DNA of 64,000 nucleotides from Gammaproteobacteria bacterium (GCA_965116795.1 OZ220716.1:1674503-1738502); one strand, 5' to 3'; shown: positions 1 to 10,890, numbered from the stretch's first letter. Numbers and translations: made by a program. Notes: generated by a model from the sequence alone, not told the origin.

Positions 1-157
1 CGATTTTATCTAAAAGGCTAAGTAAATTTGCATTCAAAAATAACTTAATAGAGCCTCTGTGCGTTGAGGCGTTATCCCAGAAGCCGTGGAACGGCTATCT
101 GGGATCTGAATAATCAAGTAGTTACACTATTATATAGAAAGTCGAACATCACGTTAA
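1..157. repeat. MITE-like repeat family A, copy 1 (left end cut by window edge)
   Basis: Reverse complement of 5440-5596 with scattered mismatches; ends in GTCGAACATCACGTTAA; internal hairpin ATCCCAGAAGCCGTGGAACGGCTATCTGGGAT. Confidence 0.9.
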
Positions 158-300
158 CTTAGGGTATTGGTGCGCAGAGACTATACAAATTTGTCAGTTT
201 TCTATAGTATTCTAGAGAGTTAGTCAGAGAACAGGTATGATGTAGAAGATGGAACCACTCAACATATTATCAATATACTAGGCAACATTAGGTAAACAGT

Positions 301-1434
301 GTGCACGAAGATAGTAAGCAAATTGTCATTAGTGGCACAGGGACGCATACGCCGCCTTATCAGATTAGTAATCAAGAATTGGTAACCACTTTTAATACCT
401 ATGTTGCCCAATTCAACCATCAGCATCAACAAGCGATCGCGGCTGGAGAAGTTACTGCACTGCGAGAGTCTAGCAGTGAATTTATTGAGAAAGCATCTGG
501 GATTAAACAACGCTATGTCATTGAGCGAGAAGGGATCTTAGATGCTAACATCATGCATCCAGTATTAAAAAAACGTGGTGATGATGAAATCTCAGTACAG
601 TGTGAATTAGCATTGCCAGCTTGCCAACAAGCGATGCAACGTGCTAACAAGCAGTCAAGTGATATTGATGCAGTGATTTTATCTGCATCAATTGTGCAAC
701 GTAGTTATCCTGCAGTCGCCATTGAAATCCAGAAAGCACTGGGAATTAATGGATTTGCTTTTGACATGAATGTGGCGTGTTCAGCGGCAACATTTGCCAT
801 TGAGGTGGCAGCTGGTTTGATTCGCAAAGGCAGTGCGCGTTGTGTGTTGGTGGTAAATCCGGAAATTCCGACGGCATTTGCTAATTTTCGTGATCGGGAT
901 AGTCATTTTATTTTTGGTGATGTGGCGACTGCGATGATCGTGGAAACGCAAGGGACATGCACTTACTCCGATGCCTATGCTGTGATCGATAGTAAACTAC
1001 TCACCGAGTTTTCAAGTAACATACGTACCAACTTAGGTTATATGACACGTTTAGAAGGTACCAGAATCGATGCGCCTGATCAGTATTTTTATCAGCAAGG
1101 GCGTAAAGTGTTTAAAGAAGTGAGTATTTTAGCGAGTAATCTGATCGTAGAACATTTACGTTTACATGGTATCTCCTCTGACCAATTGCAACGTTTATGG
1201 TTACACCAAGCTAATGGTAATATGAATCAATTGATCGCACAAAAGATTTTAAATCGCAAACCAACCATGCAAGATGCCCCGATGATTTTAGCTAATTATG
1301 CCAATACCGCATCAGCAGGTTCTATTGTTGCATTTCATCGCTATCATCGCGATCTACTCAGTGGTGCACTTGGCATTTTATGTTCATTTGGCGCAGGCTA
1401 TTCAATTGGTAATTTGATCTTGCGTAAGTGTTGA
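301..1434 (+). CDS. fabH: beta-ketoacyl-ACP synthase III (FabH family, long-chain type)
   Basis: FDMNVACS (catalytic Cys), WLHQAN (His), YANTASAGS (Asn), CSFGAGYS, FIFGD motifs. Confidence 0.9.
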   Translation: MHEDSKQIVISGTGTHTPPYQISNQELVTTFNTYVAQFNHQHQQAIAAGEVTALRESSSEFIEKASGIKQRYVIEREGILDANIMHPVLKKRGDDEISVQCELALPACQQAMQRANKQSSDIDAVILSASIVQRSYPAVAIEIQKALGINGFAFDMNVACSAATFAIEVAAGLIRKGSARCVLVVNPEIPTAFANFRDRDSHFIFGDVATAMIVETQGTCTYSDAYAVIDSKLLTEFSSNIRTNLGYMTRLEGTRIDAPDQYFYQQGRKVFKEVSILASNLIVEHLRLHGISSDQLQRLWLHQANGNMNQLIAQKILNRKPTMQDAPMILANYANTASAGSIVAFHRYHRDLLSGALGILCSFGAGYSIGNLILRKC

Positions 1435-1485
1435 TAGTTAATTAAAATGATTACTCTTCTATAAATCGCCAGGCATGAAAGGACA

Positions 1486-1854
1486 TTGCCTGTGCGCTTG
1501 ACTACGCTTACTATTCGCAACCAATATGGCTTAACATTAATTGAAGTGTTAATCGCATTGCTTATCTTGAGCACTGCATTATTTGGTTTGCTGTCTGCAT
1601 TAGCTATTGCATTACGCAATACGCAACATGCGTATTACACCAGTGTTGCTGCCCAGCAAGCACATAATGTTGCTGAAAAGTTACGTCTTGATCCTGCTAA
1701 TTCAATGCCGAAATGGCAACAGCATTTAACCGAGTTGTTGCCCAATGGCATTGGTCAATTCAATCGTGATCGTGATGCTATTCGTATTGAAATACACTGG
1801 TCAGATCCACGCAGCGATCATGTTATTCAATTAGCTATGTACAATCCGCAATGA
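1486..1854 (+). CDS. pilV: type IV pilus minor pilin PilV (start uncertain)
   Basis: Prepilin cleavage motif QYG/LTLIEVLIAL; first gene of pilV-W-X cluster. Confidence 0.8.
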   Translation: MPVRLTTLTIRNQYGLTLIEVLIALLILSTALFGLLSALAIALRNTQHAYYTSVAAQQAHNVAEKLRLDPANSMPKWQQHLTELLPNGIGQFNRDRDAIRIEIHWSDPRSDHVIQLAMYNPQ

Positions 1855-2810
1855 TAACTGTAACCCGACAACATGGTTTTAGCTTAATCGAGTTATTGAT
1901 TACGTGTGTAATCAGTAGTGTTTTATTATTGATTTTGACCAAGATATTGATCATTCAACACCGTACGTATTTATCGCAGCAAGCACTCGCACGTTTACAA
2001 GAGAATGGCCGTTTTGCCAGCATGATGTTAAACCAACACATTGGTAAAGCAGGTTATGTTGGTTGTGGTCGGCTTGGGCAATTGTTGAATTGGTCTAATC
2101 AAACCACACAACCATTAGGTGAAGTTCATGTTATCCGTGGTTATCAAGCGATTGATCAACACTGGCAGCCTGGTTTACCCATGCAATTACATAATAAAGT
2201 CAAGACAGAGAGCGATGTGATTGAGTTGAATTATGCAGATAGACTCGGTTATTTAGCCGCAGCAATCACTGATTTGACCCAGTTAACCGTGTATAGTGAT
2301 CAGCACATTTATCCTAAACATGTGCTGTTAATTTCAGATTGTCAATATGCTGATGTGGTAATAGTCGATACCGTTAATAAGATAGCAACAAATACTTATG
2401 CAATTACATTAGCATCGCCATTACAGCATCACTACTTGGCTATGGCATTCATTGGGAAAGTGGTGCAACTCTTTTTTTATATCGGAGATACACAACGGGT
2501 TAATGTGCAAAAACAGCCTATTTATGCATTGTATATGCGTAATCAAGATGGTCATCATGTTGAATTAGTCCCAGGTGTACATGCTATGCATATTTATTAC
2601 AGTACACGCCAACATCCTACACACTATCATGATGCCAGCAGTATCAGTGCGAGCCAGCAGTGGCCACACGTTATTATGGTGAATATTGAATTATTACTGA
2701 ATAGTATTGATGCGTTGCCGTATCGACATGGTGAGTTGTTAGAGAAGACATGGGATATTAACAGTACGTTATTGACGAGGTTATCACTGTGCAACAAGGG
2801 TTTGTGTTAG
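1851..2810 (+). CDS. pilW: type IV pilus minor pilin PilW
   Basis: QHG/FSLIELLI, LQENGRFA...AGYVGC, LLISDC and ELVPGV motifs typical of PilW. Confidence 0.85.
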   Translation: MITVTRQHGFSLIELLITCVISSVLLLILTKILIIQHRTYLSQQALARLQENGRFASMMLNQHIGKAGYVGCGRLGQLLNWSNQTTQPLGEVHVIRGYQAIDQHWQPGLPMQLHNKVKTESDVIELNYADRLGYLAAAITDLTQLTVYSDQHIYPKHVLLISDCQYADVVIVDTVNKIATNTYAITLASPLQHHYLAMAFIGKVVQLFFYIGDTQRVNVQKQPIYALYMRNQDGHHVELVPGVHAMHIYYSTRQHPTHYHDASSISASQQWPHVIMVNIELLLNSIDALPYRHGELLEKTWDINSTLLTRLSLCNKGLC

Positions 2811-3322
2811 TCACAACATTAATTATGACTATGTTATTGTCATTTCTTGCAATATCAGCATTGCAAAGCAGCATTATAGAAACACGCATGAGCGTAGCAA
2901 CGCTACATGTTTATCAACACGATGCAGGATTGAGCGCTGGCATTGATGCAGGGATTAGCTTGTTATTACATACTGATCCAACACATAACCGACCAGCTTG
3001 TTGGCTGTTATCACCAATTGTACTAGCCCCCAGTGAACAACCAGCAGCATGGTGGCAGTATGCGCATGCGTGTACTGGTAAATTAAATAATGTGCAGTAT
3101 CAATACGTGATTGAACAACTCAGTGAGGCAACAGCATGTTTGCAGTACTATCGTATTACCAGTCACTTGCAAAATGTGTTGCAGCGTACTTGGTCTGCAA
3201 CGGTTTTAATGGTGAATGATTCAGGGATACAGGCCAATTCATGTGAATTAAGTGATGCAGAAGAAAAGTTAATCATGCGATTACCACAACGACCACTATT
3301 ATCTAGTATTTATACACAATGA
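2789..3322 (+). CDS. pilX: PilX-like pilus assembly protein
   Basis: QQG/FVLVTTLIM prepilin lacking Glu5, YVIEQL and YYRITS motifs, follows pilW. Confidence 0.8.
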   Translation: MQQGFVLVTTLIMTMLLSFLAISALQSSIIETRMSVATLHVYQHDAGLSAGIDAGISLLLHTDPTHNRPACWLLSPIVLAPSEQPAAWWQYAHACTGKLNNVQYQYVIEQLSEATACLQYYRITSHLQNVLQRTWSATVLMVNDSGIQANSCELSDAEEKLIMRLPQRPLLSSIYTQ

Positions 3323-3335
3323 TTTGGTTAACAAC

Positions 3336-4748
3336 TCATTTGTTATGGATTGGAAATGTCACCGTAACAGCTAACCCTGTGCCATCAGCATGCGCAGCAT
3401 CTAACGTGATATTGCCATGATGTAATCCGACAATTTGTGACACAATTGCCAACCCTAATCCACTGCCAGTCGAGTTGTTGCCTAACATGCGATAGAAACG
3501 TTCAAAGACACGTGTGCGTAATTCAGCTGGGATCCCAGGGCCATTATCGATAACTTGCAATATAGCATATCGCGAGTCACGGGTTAATTTTACATACATA
3601 TGACCGTGTTGTGGTGTATAACGGATGGCATTATCAATTAAGTTACGTAATAGAATAGCTAAAGCAGTCGTATTACCTAGAATAGTCACATTACTTTCTG
3701 AGCTAATGAATTCAATGTCGATCTGTTTCTCATAAGCAACAGGTGCTAATTCAGCAACGCTATCGCTGATTATCGTTACTAGATTAAGTTTTTTCTGTTC
3801 ATTACTGTCTGTATCCGGATTTAGTCGACTGAGTATTAATAACTGTTGCACGATATGCGAGCTGCGATCGACAGCTTTAATGATGTTTTTCAGCGAATGT
3901 TTTAATTTATCTGGATCTGTGGTGTTGAGTGCGACTTGTACTTGAGTACGCAAGGCAGCCAATGGTGTACGTAATTCATGGGCTGCATCGGCAGAAAAAC
4001 GTTGTTCACGTTCGATGCCTTCTTGTAAGCGTAGAAACAATTTATTTAATTCATTCACTAATGGACTAATTTCTTCGGGCACTTCGGTTACGTTAACAGG
4101 TTCTAGATAATGTGATTCACGATGGGCGACTTCTTCGGTGACGCGATTGAGTGATGATAAGCTGCGACCGACGATTATCCAAATGAGCAAACCAAAAAAG
4201 GGGTAAGTAATCAGTAAGATGAGAATGTCATTTTTCATGATCCGATGGCTGAGCACATCACGGATACTATAACGTTCAGCAAAAATAACTTTATTGCCAT
4301 TTTCTGGGTGTACGGTCATGAAAACGCGCCACGTTTCCTGATTGATAGTACGATTAGAAAAGCCTTCTTGATCAAGGCTTAAATCAGTAAGTGGTGCGTT
4401 AGGAGAACTAATTAGTAATTTATTATCTGGGCTCCAAATTTGAAACTCAACATGATTAGCTAAATAAGGTGAATGTATCGGCTTGTCTTGATCTTTAAAG
4501 TAACGCAGTTGACGCAGCAATTCTGGTAACTTATGAATATTATCGTTAAGGTAAGCAAATTGTTGATCTGAATTTTTAGTGCCTATAATTGCTTGTAGTG
4601 CAATGTTATCTTGTAATAATTCAGCATCTAATTGTTGCTGTACTTCTTGTTCGTTTAATACTAAGTTACTCAGTGTTGATATCACAGTCATCAACACCAC
4701 ACCGAGTAATAAATTAATTAATAAGAATTTACGTATCGAACGTGTCAT
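3336..4748 (-). CDS. pmrB: sensor histidine kinase PmrB/QseC family
   Basis: Two TM segments, H-box FSADAAHELRTPL, N-box NLIDNAIRY, G-boxes DNGPG and GSGLGL; overlaps cognate regulator. Confidence 0.9.
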   Translation of the reverse strand: MTRSIRKFLLINLLLGVVLMTVISTLSNLVLNEQEVQQQLDAELLQDNIALQAIIGTKNSDQQFAYLNDNIHKLPELLRQLRYFKDQDKPIHSPYLANHVEFQIWSPDNKLLISSPNAPLTDLSLDQEGFSNRTINQETWRVFMTVHPENGNKVIFAERYSIRDVLSHRIMKNDILILLITYPFFGLLIWIIVGRSLSSLNRVTEEVAHRESHYLEPVNVTEVPEEISPLVNELNKLFLRLQEGIEREQRFSADAAHELRTPLAALRTQVQVALNTTDPDKLKHSLKNIIKAVDRSSHIVQQLLILSRLNPDTDSNEQKKLNLVTIISDSVAELAPVAYEKQIDIEFISSESNVTILGNTTALAILLRNLIDNAIRYTPQHGHMYVKLTRDSRYAILQVIDNGPGIPAELRTRVFERFYRMLGNNSTGSGLGLAIVSQIVGLHHGNITLDAAHADGTGLAVTVTFPIHNK

Positions 4749-5422
4749 GTGCTTTCGGTTTCTGGGTTAACTAACATATAGCCAACACCACGTATCGTGC
4801 GAATGATTTTTGTGCCAAGTTTTTTACGCAAAGCATGGATATGCACTTCCAATGTGTTGCTATCAACTTCATCTCCCCAACCATATAAGGTTTGGGTTAA
4901 GCGATCACGGGTGATCACTTTGCCTGGTTTTTCAAGTAATTTATGTAAGACAGTAAATTCACGACGGCCTACATTAACATGTTCGCCATCTAATGTGACT
5001 ACGTGTGCAGCTGGATCCAGCGCAATATTAGCAAATGTTAACATTGGATTAGCGCGGCCACTGCCTGAACGGCGTTGCAGTGCACGTAAACGTGCACATA
5101 ATTCGTCAAGATCAAATGGTTTCGTTAAGTAATCATCTCCACCCATATCCAATCCTTTGATCCGGTCAGCAACCGTATCGCGAGCAGTTAAAATTAATAC
5201 GGGAGTATTATCATCACGCTTGCGTAAACGTTCTAGTACAGCAAGCCCTGACATTTTTGGTAGACCTAAATCGAGAATAATCACATCAAAGGGTTCTACT
5301 GATAGTGCTTGATCAGCGCTGGCACCATCCTTAAACCAATCAACGGTATAGCCTTGTTGAGTCAATCCTTCACAAAAACCATCACCCAATAACTCATCAT
5401 CTTCAGCATATAATATTCGCAT
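4745..5422 (-). CDS. pmrA: OmpR-family response regulator PmrA/QseB
   Basis: Receiver EDD...LDLGLP...KPF; winged helix SNTLEVHIHALRKKL, TIRGVGY. Confidence 0.9.
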   Translation of the reverse strand: MRILYAEDDELLGDGFCEGLTQQGYTVDWFKDGASADQALSVEPFDVIILDLGLPKMSGLAVLERLRKRDDNTPVLILTARDTVADRIKGLDMGGDDYLTKPFDLDELCARLRALQRRSGSGRANPMLTFANIALDPAAHVVTLDGEHVNVGRREFTVLHKLLEKPGKVITRDRLTQTLYGWGDEVDSNTLEVHIHALRKKLGTKIIRTIRGVGYMLVNPETEST

Positions 5423-5439
5423 AATTTTAGGATCCTAAT

Positions 5440-5609
5440 TTAACGTGATGTTCGACTTTTTATGTAATAGCATCACTATTTGATTATTTAGATCCCAGAC
5501 AGCTGTTCCACGGCTTCTGGGATAACGCCTCAACGCACAGAGGTTCTCTTAAGTTGTTTTTGAGAGCAAATTTATTTAGCCTCTTAGATAAAATCGAACA
5601 TGGCGTTAA
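5440..5609. repeat. MITE-like repeat family A, copy 2 (170 bp)
   Basis: Imperfect terminal inverted repeats TTAACGTGATGTTCGA / TCGAACATGGCGTTAA; matches 1-157 in inverted orientation. Confidence 0.9.
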
Positions 5610-5782
5610 TTATTACTATGTGTTTGTTATTATGTGGACGTACGCAATAGCGTTAAGCATCTATGCGTTTTGTGAATGATACCCAGCGAGTATGTCCTTG
5701 TATATCATTGCCGCTCGTCCAGCTGCGCAAAAAGAGACCAAATTTTACCATAAAATTACTCATATGTCAGCCAAAATTTGAC

Positions 5783-6505
5783 CTATTTACGTAATAAATG
5801 TAGGGAGGAAAAGAGGGTTAATACGCTATCATCTTGAATAAATGATAAATTATACGGATGTGGTGCATGCAGCGTGGGTAATGGCTGGGTTAGCGGTAAT
5901 GAGGACAGTTGTTTGGCAATATTCCCGAAGAGTAATAATTTGGGTGGGTCAGGTAATTGGTTCAAGCTGGTTAATATCTGGGCTAAAAAAGGTTGCCAAT
6001 AACGTGCTGCCTTGGCTACAGAGTAACGTGGGCTAAGCACAGGGGTAGCATTTAGTAATAAGAAGCCAGCTTGCAAAAAATGGGTAAATAATTCAGGCAA
6101 TGTAGTCACAAACGGTGTTTTATCGATGCTAGCAATCGCAGCTTGTGATAGATCATCACGGTGCAGAACGCCTTCAGCGACTAATAACATTTTTAACCAA
6201 TTACGCAGCGATGTAGCTCGGTTAACCGGTTTGGTTAAACCAGTATTTGACCATAATTCGTGAACAGCATTATCCCAAAAGGCATAGCCATTCGCTGATT
6301 GAGCACGTGGATAGGGTGATTCTCCCAACAATATATAACGGACTTGTGTTTTTGCTAAGCTAAACGCATTAAAAATAGCCTGTGCACCGGGTAACCAATC
6401 CTCTTCAGCTTGCAGATAGTCACGATATTCAGTTGGCAAGGTTTGTATTCCTTGGTGAATAATCGTTTGCCAGCTTGGATCAACAACAGTTTGATTTAAT
6501 TGCAT
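5783..6505 (-). CDS. uracil-DNA glycosylase family protein (family 1-like, variant motifs); start placed at MQLNQ
   Basis: IFNAFSL, ILLGESPYP...ANGYAF, GFLLLNA, LLFG, HPY motifs align with the UNG fold. Confidence 0.8.
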   Translation of the reverse strand: MQLNQTVVDPSWQTIIHQGIQTLPTEYRDYLQAEEDWLPGAQAIFNAFSLAKTQVRYILLGESPYPRAQSANGYAFWDNAVHELWSNTGLTKPVNRATSLRNWLKMLLVAEGVLHRDDLSQAAIASIDKTPFVTTLPELFTHFLQAGFLLLNATPVLSPRYSVAKAARYWQPFLAQILTSLNQLPDPPKLLLFGNIAKQLSSLPLTQPLPTLHAPHPYNLSFIQDDSVLTLFSSLHLLRK

Positions 6506-6662
6506 ACCTGTATGTTCCACGACTTTTGCTTTACTATGTTCTTCGTGTTTTAACATACGAAGAGCATCTATTTTGGCATAGATAGATAGCAAACGACATA
6601 CTTGATTATTGATAATGATTTGCTGATGATAAGCCATCAGCAAATTCAAAAAGAGGTAGACT

Positions 6663-6845
6663 GTGGATAAACAATTACTAGATATTTTAGCTTGTCCGTT
6701 GTGTAAAGGTAAATTGCAATATAGTCAACAGCAGCGAGAATTGATGTGCCGTTTTGATCAATTAGCATTTCCCATTAAAGATGGTATTCCAGTGATGTTA
6801 GCTGATGAAGCACGTCATGTTAGTCAAGATGAGTTAACTAAATAA
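6663..6845 (+). CDS. ycaR: Trm112 family protein YcaR
   Basis: LLDILACPLCKGKL, FPIKDGIPVML; upstream of kdsB as in conserved operon. Confidence 0.92.
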   Translation: MDKQLLDILACPLCKGKLQYSQQQRELMCRFDQLAFPIKDGIPVMLADEARHVSQDELTK

Positions 6846-7597
6846 TGAGTTATCACATTATCATCCCTGCACGTTATCACTCGCAGCGATTACCGGGTAA
6901 GGTGTTACGTGACCTAAATGGCCAAACACTATTGCAACGAGTGTATCAACAAGCGAAACAGACCAGTGCTGATCAAATTATTATTGCTACTGATCACTCC
7001 GATGTTGCAGATGCCGCACAAGCGATGGGCGCAATGTGTTGCATGACGCATAGTGACTATACAACCGGAAGTGATCGCATTGGTGAAGTGGTGCAACAAC
7101 TTGGGTTAAGCGATGATACCATCATAGTGAATGTACAAGGCGATGAAGCCTTTATTCCACCACAAAATATTGATTGTGTCGCACAATTGTGTATCCAGCA
7201 AACAGATGCAGCAATGACAACATTGTACGAAGAAATCGACGATGTTGCTGACGTATTTGATCCAAATGTTGTTAAAGTTGTATTTAATCAGGCAGGTCAT
7301 GCATTGTATTTTAGTCGAGCGCCTATTAGTTGGGAGCGCGATCACTTTGAGCAGAAAACTCAGTCGATGTCATCGCCACACTACCGTCATATTGGTTTAT
7401 ATGCTTATCGCGTTGGTGGGTTAAAAACATATGTTAACTTACCACCTAGTCCAGATGAGCAAGCTGAAAAGTTGGAGCAGTTACGGTTTTTATGGTACGG
7501 CAAGCCGATTTACATCACGCGTGCGCCACAAGCAACGCCACTTGGGATTGATACGGAAGCGGATCTACAACGGGCTAGGCGTGCATGCTTAGACTAA
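6845..7597 (+). CDS. kdsB: 3-deoxy-manno-octulosonate cytidylyltransferase
   Basis: IIPARYHSQRLPGK, VNVQGDE, ALYFSRAPI, HIGLYAY, EKLEQLR. Confidence 0.96.
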   Translation: MSYHIIIPARYHSQRLPGKVLRDLNGQTLLQRVYQQAKQTSADQIIIATDHSDVADAAQAMGAMCCMTHSDYTTGSDRIGEVVQQLGLSDDTIIVNVQGDEAFIPPQNIDCVAQLCIQQTDAAMTTLYEEIDDVADVFDPNVVKVVFNQAGHALYFSRAPISWERDHFEQKTQSMSSPHYRHIGLYAYRVGGLKTYVNLPPSPDEQAEKLEQLRFLWYGKPIYITRAPQATPLGIDTEADLQRARRACLD

Positions 7598-7663
7598 ATA
7601 TTAAATCTATGTATGCTTAGCTATTGAAAATGGCATGCGTGTAGGATTAAGGACAACATCGGA

Positions 7664-8389
7664 ATGTGTTTACAGCAGTGGTATCAACAACCGATTGGAC
7701 AACGCGTTTGTCAAGCTGAACAACAGTGGTTGCAAACAGTGCTATCGCGTACGTTTGGCTATTACATAGTACAGTTAGGCAATGCTCAACAACAATGGTT
7801 AACAGCAAGCCCCATTTCGCATCGTGTTTATCTTGAACCACAGTTATCATTGATCGGATTGACTCAACACACTACATTAACCGGTAATTATGAACAATTA
7901 CCATTTGCTGCAGCCAGTATTGATGCCATGGTGATTAGTCATGTGTTAGAATTTTGCCATGATCCATTACAAGTATTAGCTGAAGTGTATCGTTGTTTAT
8001 TACCAGAAGGTAAAGTAATGATACTGTGTTTTAATTCAGTTAGTTTATGGGGATTAGTTAAGTTAAGTCGGATCCGCCATAAAGCAGCACCGTGGAATGG
8101 GTGTTTTATTCGCCCGGCAACATTGCGCAGTTGGTTAGCTGCACTTGATTATGTTGTTGATGATGTGGTTAGTTTAGTGCAACGTCCACCAATTAAGCAT
8201 ACAGCTACATTTGATAAATGTATCTATCTAGAATCGTTAGGTAAACGTTTTTGGCCAGAAAAAGCCGGATGTTATGGATTGATTGCCAGCAAACGTGTAG
8301 CAGGGTTAACCCCACGACGTTCAGTGTGGTGCCGTAAAAAAACATTGCTAACCGAAACAGCTGCTGAATCATCGCTGCGTTTAGAGTAA
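7664..8389 (+). CDS. class I SAM-dependent methyltransferase (YafS-like)
   Basis: [23 protein letters not shown]...[13 protein letters not shown]; adjacent to rnhA as for yafS. Confidence 0.85.
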   Translation: MCLQQWYQQPIGQRVCQAEQQWLQTVLSRTFGYYIVQLGNAQQQWLTASPISHRVYLEPQLSLIGLTQHTTLTGNYEQLPFAAASIDAMVISHVLEFCHDPLQVLAEVYRCLLPEGKVMILCFNSVSLWGLVKLSRIRHKAAPWNGCFIRPATLRSWLAALDYVVDDVVSLVQRPPIKHTATFDKCIYLESLGKRFWPEKAGCYGLIASKRVAGLTPRRSVWCRKKTLLTETAAESSLRLE

Positions 8390-8394
8390 TTGAT

Positions 8395-8844
8395 ATGAAA
8401 AAGCAAATTGAATTATTTACAGATGGTGCATGTCGTGGTAATCCTGGTCCTGGAGGGTGGGGTGTTGTTTTGTGTTTTGGTGATGTAGAAAAAACATTAT
8501 CTGGTGCTGAAAACAATACGACAAATAATCGCATGGAATTATTAGCAGCAATTAATGGTTTGGCTGCATTGAAACAGTCTTGTCGCGTTACTGTGACTAC
8601 CGATTCACAGTATTTGCGCCGTGGGATCCAAGAATGGATCCATAATTGGCAACGTAATGGTTGGAAAACAGCGGGTAAGAAGCCAGTTAAAAATCAAGAT
8701 TTGTGGCAACAGTTAGTTGATTACGTTGCCCAGCATGATGTGGATTGGCACTGGGTAAAAGGTCATTCCGGTCATCGTGAAAATGAATTGGCTGATCAGC
8801 TAGCCAATATAGCAATTGATGAGCTACTGGATGATTCTAATTAG
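8395..8844 (+). CDS. rnhA: ribonuclease HI
   Basis: [42 protein letters not shown]. Confidence 0.98.
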   Translation: MKKQIELFTDGACRGNPGPGGWGVVLCFGDVEKTLSGAENNTTNNRMELLAAINGLAALKQSCRVTVTTDSQYLRRGIQEWIHNWQRNGWKTAGKKPVKNQDLWQQLVDYVAQHDVDWHWVKGHSGHRENELADQLANIAIDELLDDSN

Positions 8845-8910
8845 GTCCTAATAAGGAAAACGCTATCTTTGGTGGATCTTGCCAGAAAAAGTAAACAAAA
8901 AGTGCTCATG
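8842..8910 (+). repeat. repeat family C, partial copy
   Basis: TAAGGAAAACGCTATCTTTGGTGGATCTTGCCAGAAAA matches 46263-46426 and the reverse of 49371-49512. Confidence 0.8.
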
Positions 8911-8937
8911 AGTAGTTGTAATTGGAGCAGTTAAAAC

Positions 8938-9645
8938 ATGCGTCAAATTAGTTTAGATACAGAAACCACTGGGCTTGATCCAAAACAAGGTCATCGTGTT
9001 ATTGAAATTGGTTGTGTGGAAATCATTAACCGTCGCATCACTGATAACCATTTTCATTGCTATATTAATCCACAACGCGATATTGATCAGGGAGCGCAGG
9101 CAGTTCACGGTATCAAGAATGATTTTTTAGCAGATAAACCAGTATTTAATGATATTGTGAATCAACTAATCGATTATTTACAGGGTGCTGATGAAATCAT
9201 TATTCATAATGCACCATTTGATGTGAGTTTCTTAAACCATGAATTTACCTTGTCTCCACATCAATTACCAACATTAGCCACCTATGCCGACATCGTTGAT
9301 ACCCTGAAGATGGCTAGGCATTTACACCCGGGACAGAAGAATAATTTAGATGCATTATGTAAACGTTATGCTATTGATAATAGTCATCGAGAATTACATG
9401 GCGCATTAGTTGATGCTGATTTATTAGCACGTGTTTATTTACTGATGACAGGTGGTCAGGACAGTTTGTTTGCTGAGAAAACACACATAACATCTGCTCA
9501 AGTAACAACAACATTAGCAAAGAAACAACACAGTAAGCTAACTAAATCGTTCATTCCTAATGGTAAGCTGTCAGTTGTTTATGCCAATAAAGACGAATTA
9601 GCGCAACATGCTGCATATTTGAAGACAATACGTTCAGATAGTTAA
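8938..9645 (+). CDS. dnaQ: DNA polymerase III epsilon subunit
   Basis: LDTETTG, IHNAPFD, LDALCKRY, LHGALVDA, MTGGQ. Confidence 0.97.
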   Translation: MRQISLDTETTGLDPKQGHRVIEIGCVEIINRRITDNHFHCYINPQRDIDQGAQAVHGIKNDFLADKPVFNDIVNQLIDYLQGADEIIIHNAPFDVSFLNHEFTLSPHQLPTLATYADIVDTLKMARHLHPGQKNNLDALCKRYAIDNSHRELHGALVDADLLARVYLLMTGGQDSLFAEKTHITSAQVTTTLAKKQHSKLTKSFIPNGKLSVVYANKDELAQHAAYLKTIRSDS

Positions 9646-9672
9646 TCGTAATAACTAATAACGAGTGAGATT

Positions 9673-10890
9673 ATGCAACAACCTATTGCAACTTCAACTC
9701 CTAAATTTCTTGTGTATTTAGCTGCATTAATTGCGTTTTCACCGTTCGCAATTGATATTTACCTGTCATCGATGCCAATTATCCAGCAGCTATTTGCAAC
9801 TACTGCTACCCGTGTACAATTAACATTGTCTATTTTTTTTGTTGGTTCTGCCTTGATGCAACTATTTTGGGGCCCCTTGTCTGATCGCATTGGTCGCAGA
9901 CCAGTGATCCTTATTGGTGTGAGTATTTTTATTTTTGGATCAGTATTGTGTGCATTGAGCCAAACGATTGCCATGCTAATAGTCAGTCGGCTTATTCAAG
10001 CAATTGGTGCGTGTGCCGGAGTAGTGATGGCATTAGCGATTATTAAAGATAGATTCCCTGAACCTAGCAGAATGACTAATGCGCTAAGTGTGATGACGAG
10101 TATTATGGTGCTTGCGCCAATGGTAGCCCCGATTATTGGCAGTTATTTATTAGTACATTTCGGTTGGCAATCCAATTTTTATTTCTTAGCGATATATGGA
10201 TTAGTATTATTAATAGCGACATTTTTTATTAGTGAGAGTTATCCTGACCATTTACGTAAACCATTACCATTAAATCAGTTATACCAAGCCTACATGACAC
10301 AATTAACTTGTTATCCTTTTTTGCTATGTGCATTGGCAGTTGCTACCAATTTTTCTGTTGTGTTTACCTTTATTTCTACCTCTGCCTTTATTTATATAGG
10401 TATTTATCATGTGTCAACACATTTGTTTGGTTATGTGTTTGCAGCTAATGCTATTGGTTTAATTGTGGGTAATGTCACCATCAAAAAATTAACAGGAAAA
10501 ATTGATAATTATTATCTAGTATTAATACCAATTGGTATTATTGCAATCATGACTGGATTGATGATGGTGCTACTCCATTACTTCCCAGAACATATGATGT
10601 GTGTAATGGTTCCTTCCTTTGTTGTAACATGTGGTGTTGGTATGTTGTATCCTGCATTAACCAGTCTTGCATTACAAAATGTAGTTGCTTATACAGGATT
10701 AGCATCGTCATTATTAGGCAGTTGTCGATTTGTATTAGCTGCCGTTACTGGAGCAGTAATGGGTGCATTAATTGTCAGCACCGCAATGCCATTAGCTATG
10801 ATGATGTTTGGGTTAAATGCAGTAACAGCGGCATTAATGTTAATGTATTTTCGTCACACTACTGAGGTTCACACTAAAACATCAACGTAA
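9673..10890 (+). CDS. Bcr/CflA family MFS efflux transporter
   Basis: AIDIYLSSMP, GPLSDRIGRRPV motif A, APIIG; many hydrophobic segments. Confidence 0.9.
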   Translation: MQQPIATSTPKFLVYLAALIAFSPFAIDIYLSSMPIIQQLFATTATRVQLTLSIFFVGSALMQLFWGPLSDRIGRRPVILIGVSIFIFGSVLCALSQTIAMLIVSRLIQAIGACAGVVMALAIIKDRFPEPSRMTNALSVMTSIMVLAPMVAPIIGSYLLVHFGWQSNFYFLAIYGLVLLIATFFISESYPDHLRKPLPLNQLYQAYMTQLTCYPFLLCALAVATNFSVVFTFISTSAFIYIGIYHVSTHLFGYVFAANAIGLIVGNVTIKKLTGKIDNYYLVLIPIGIIAIMTGLMMVLLHYFPEHMMCVMVPSFVVTCGVGMLYPALTSLALQNVVAYTGLASSLLGSCRFVLAAVTGAVMGALIVSTAMPLAMMMFGLNAVTAALMLMYFRHTTEVHTKTST

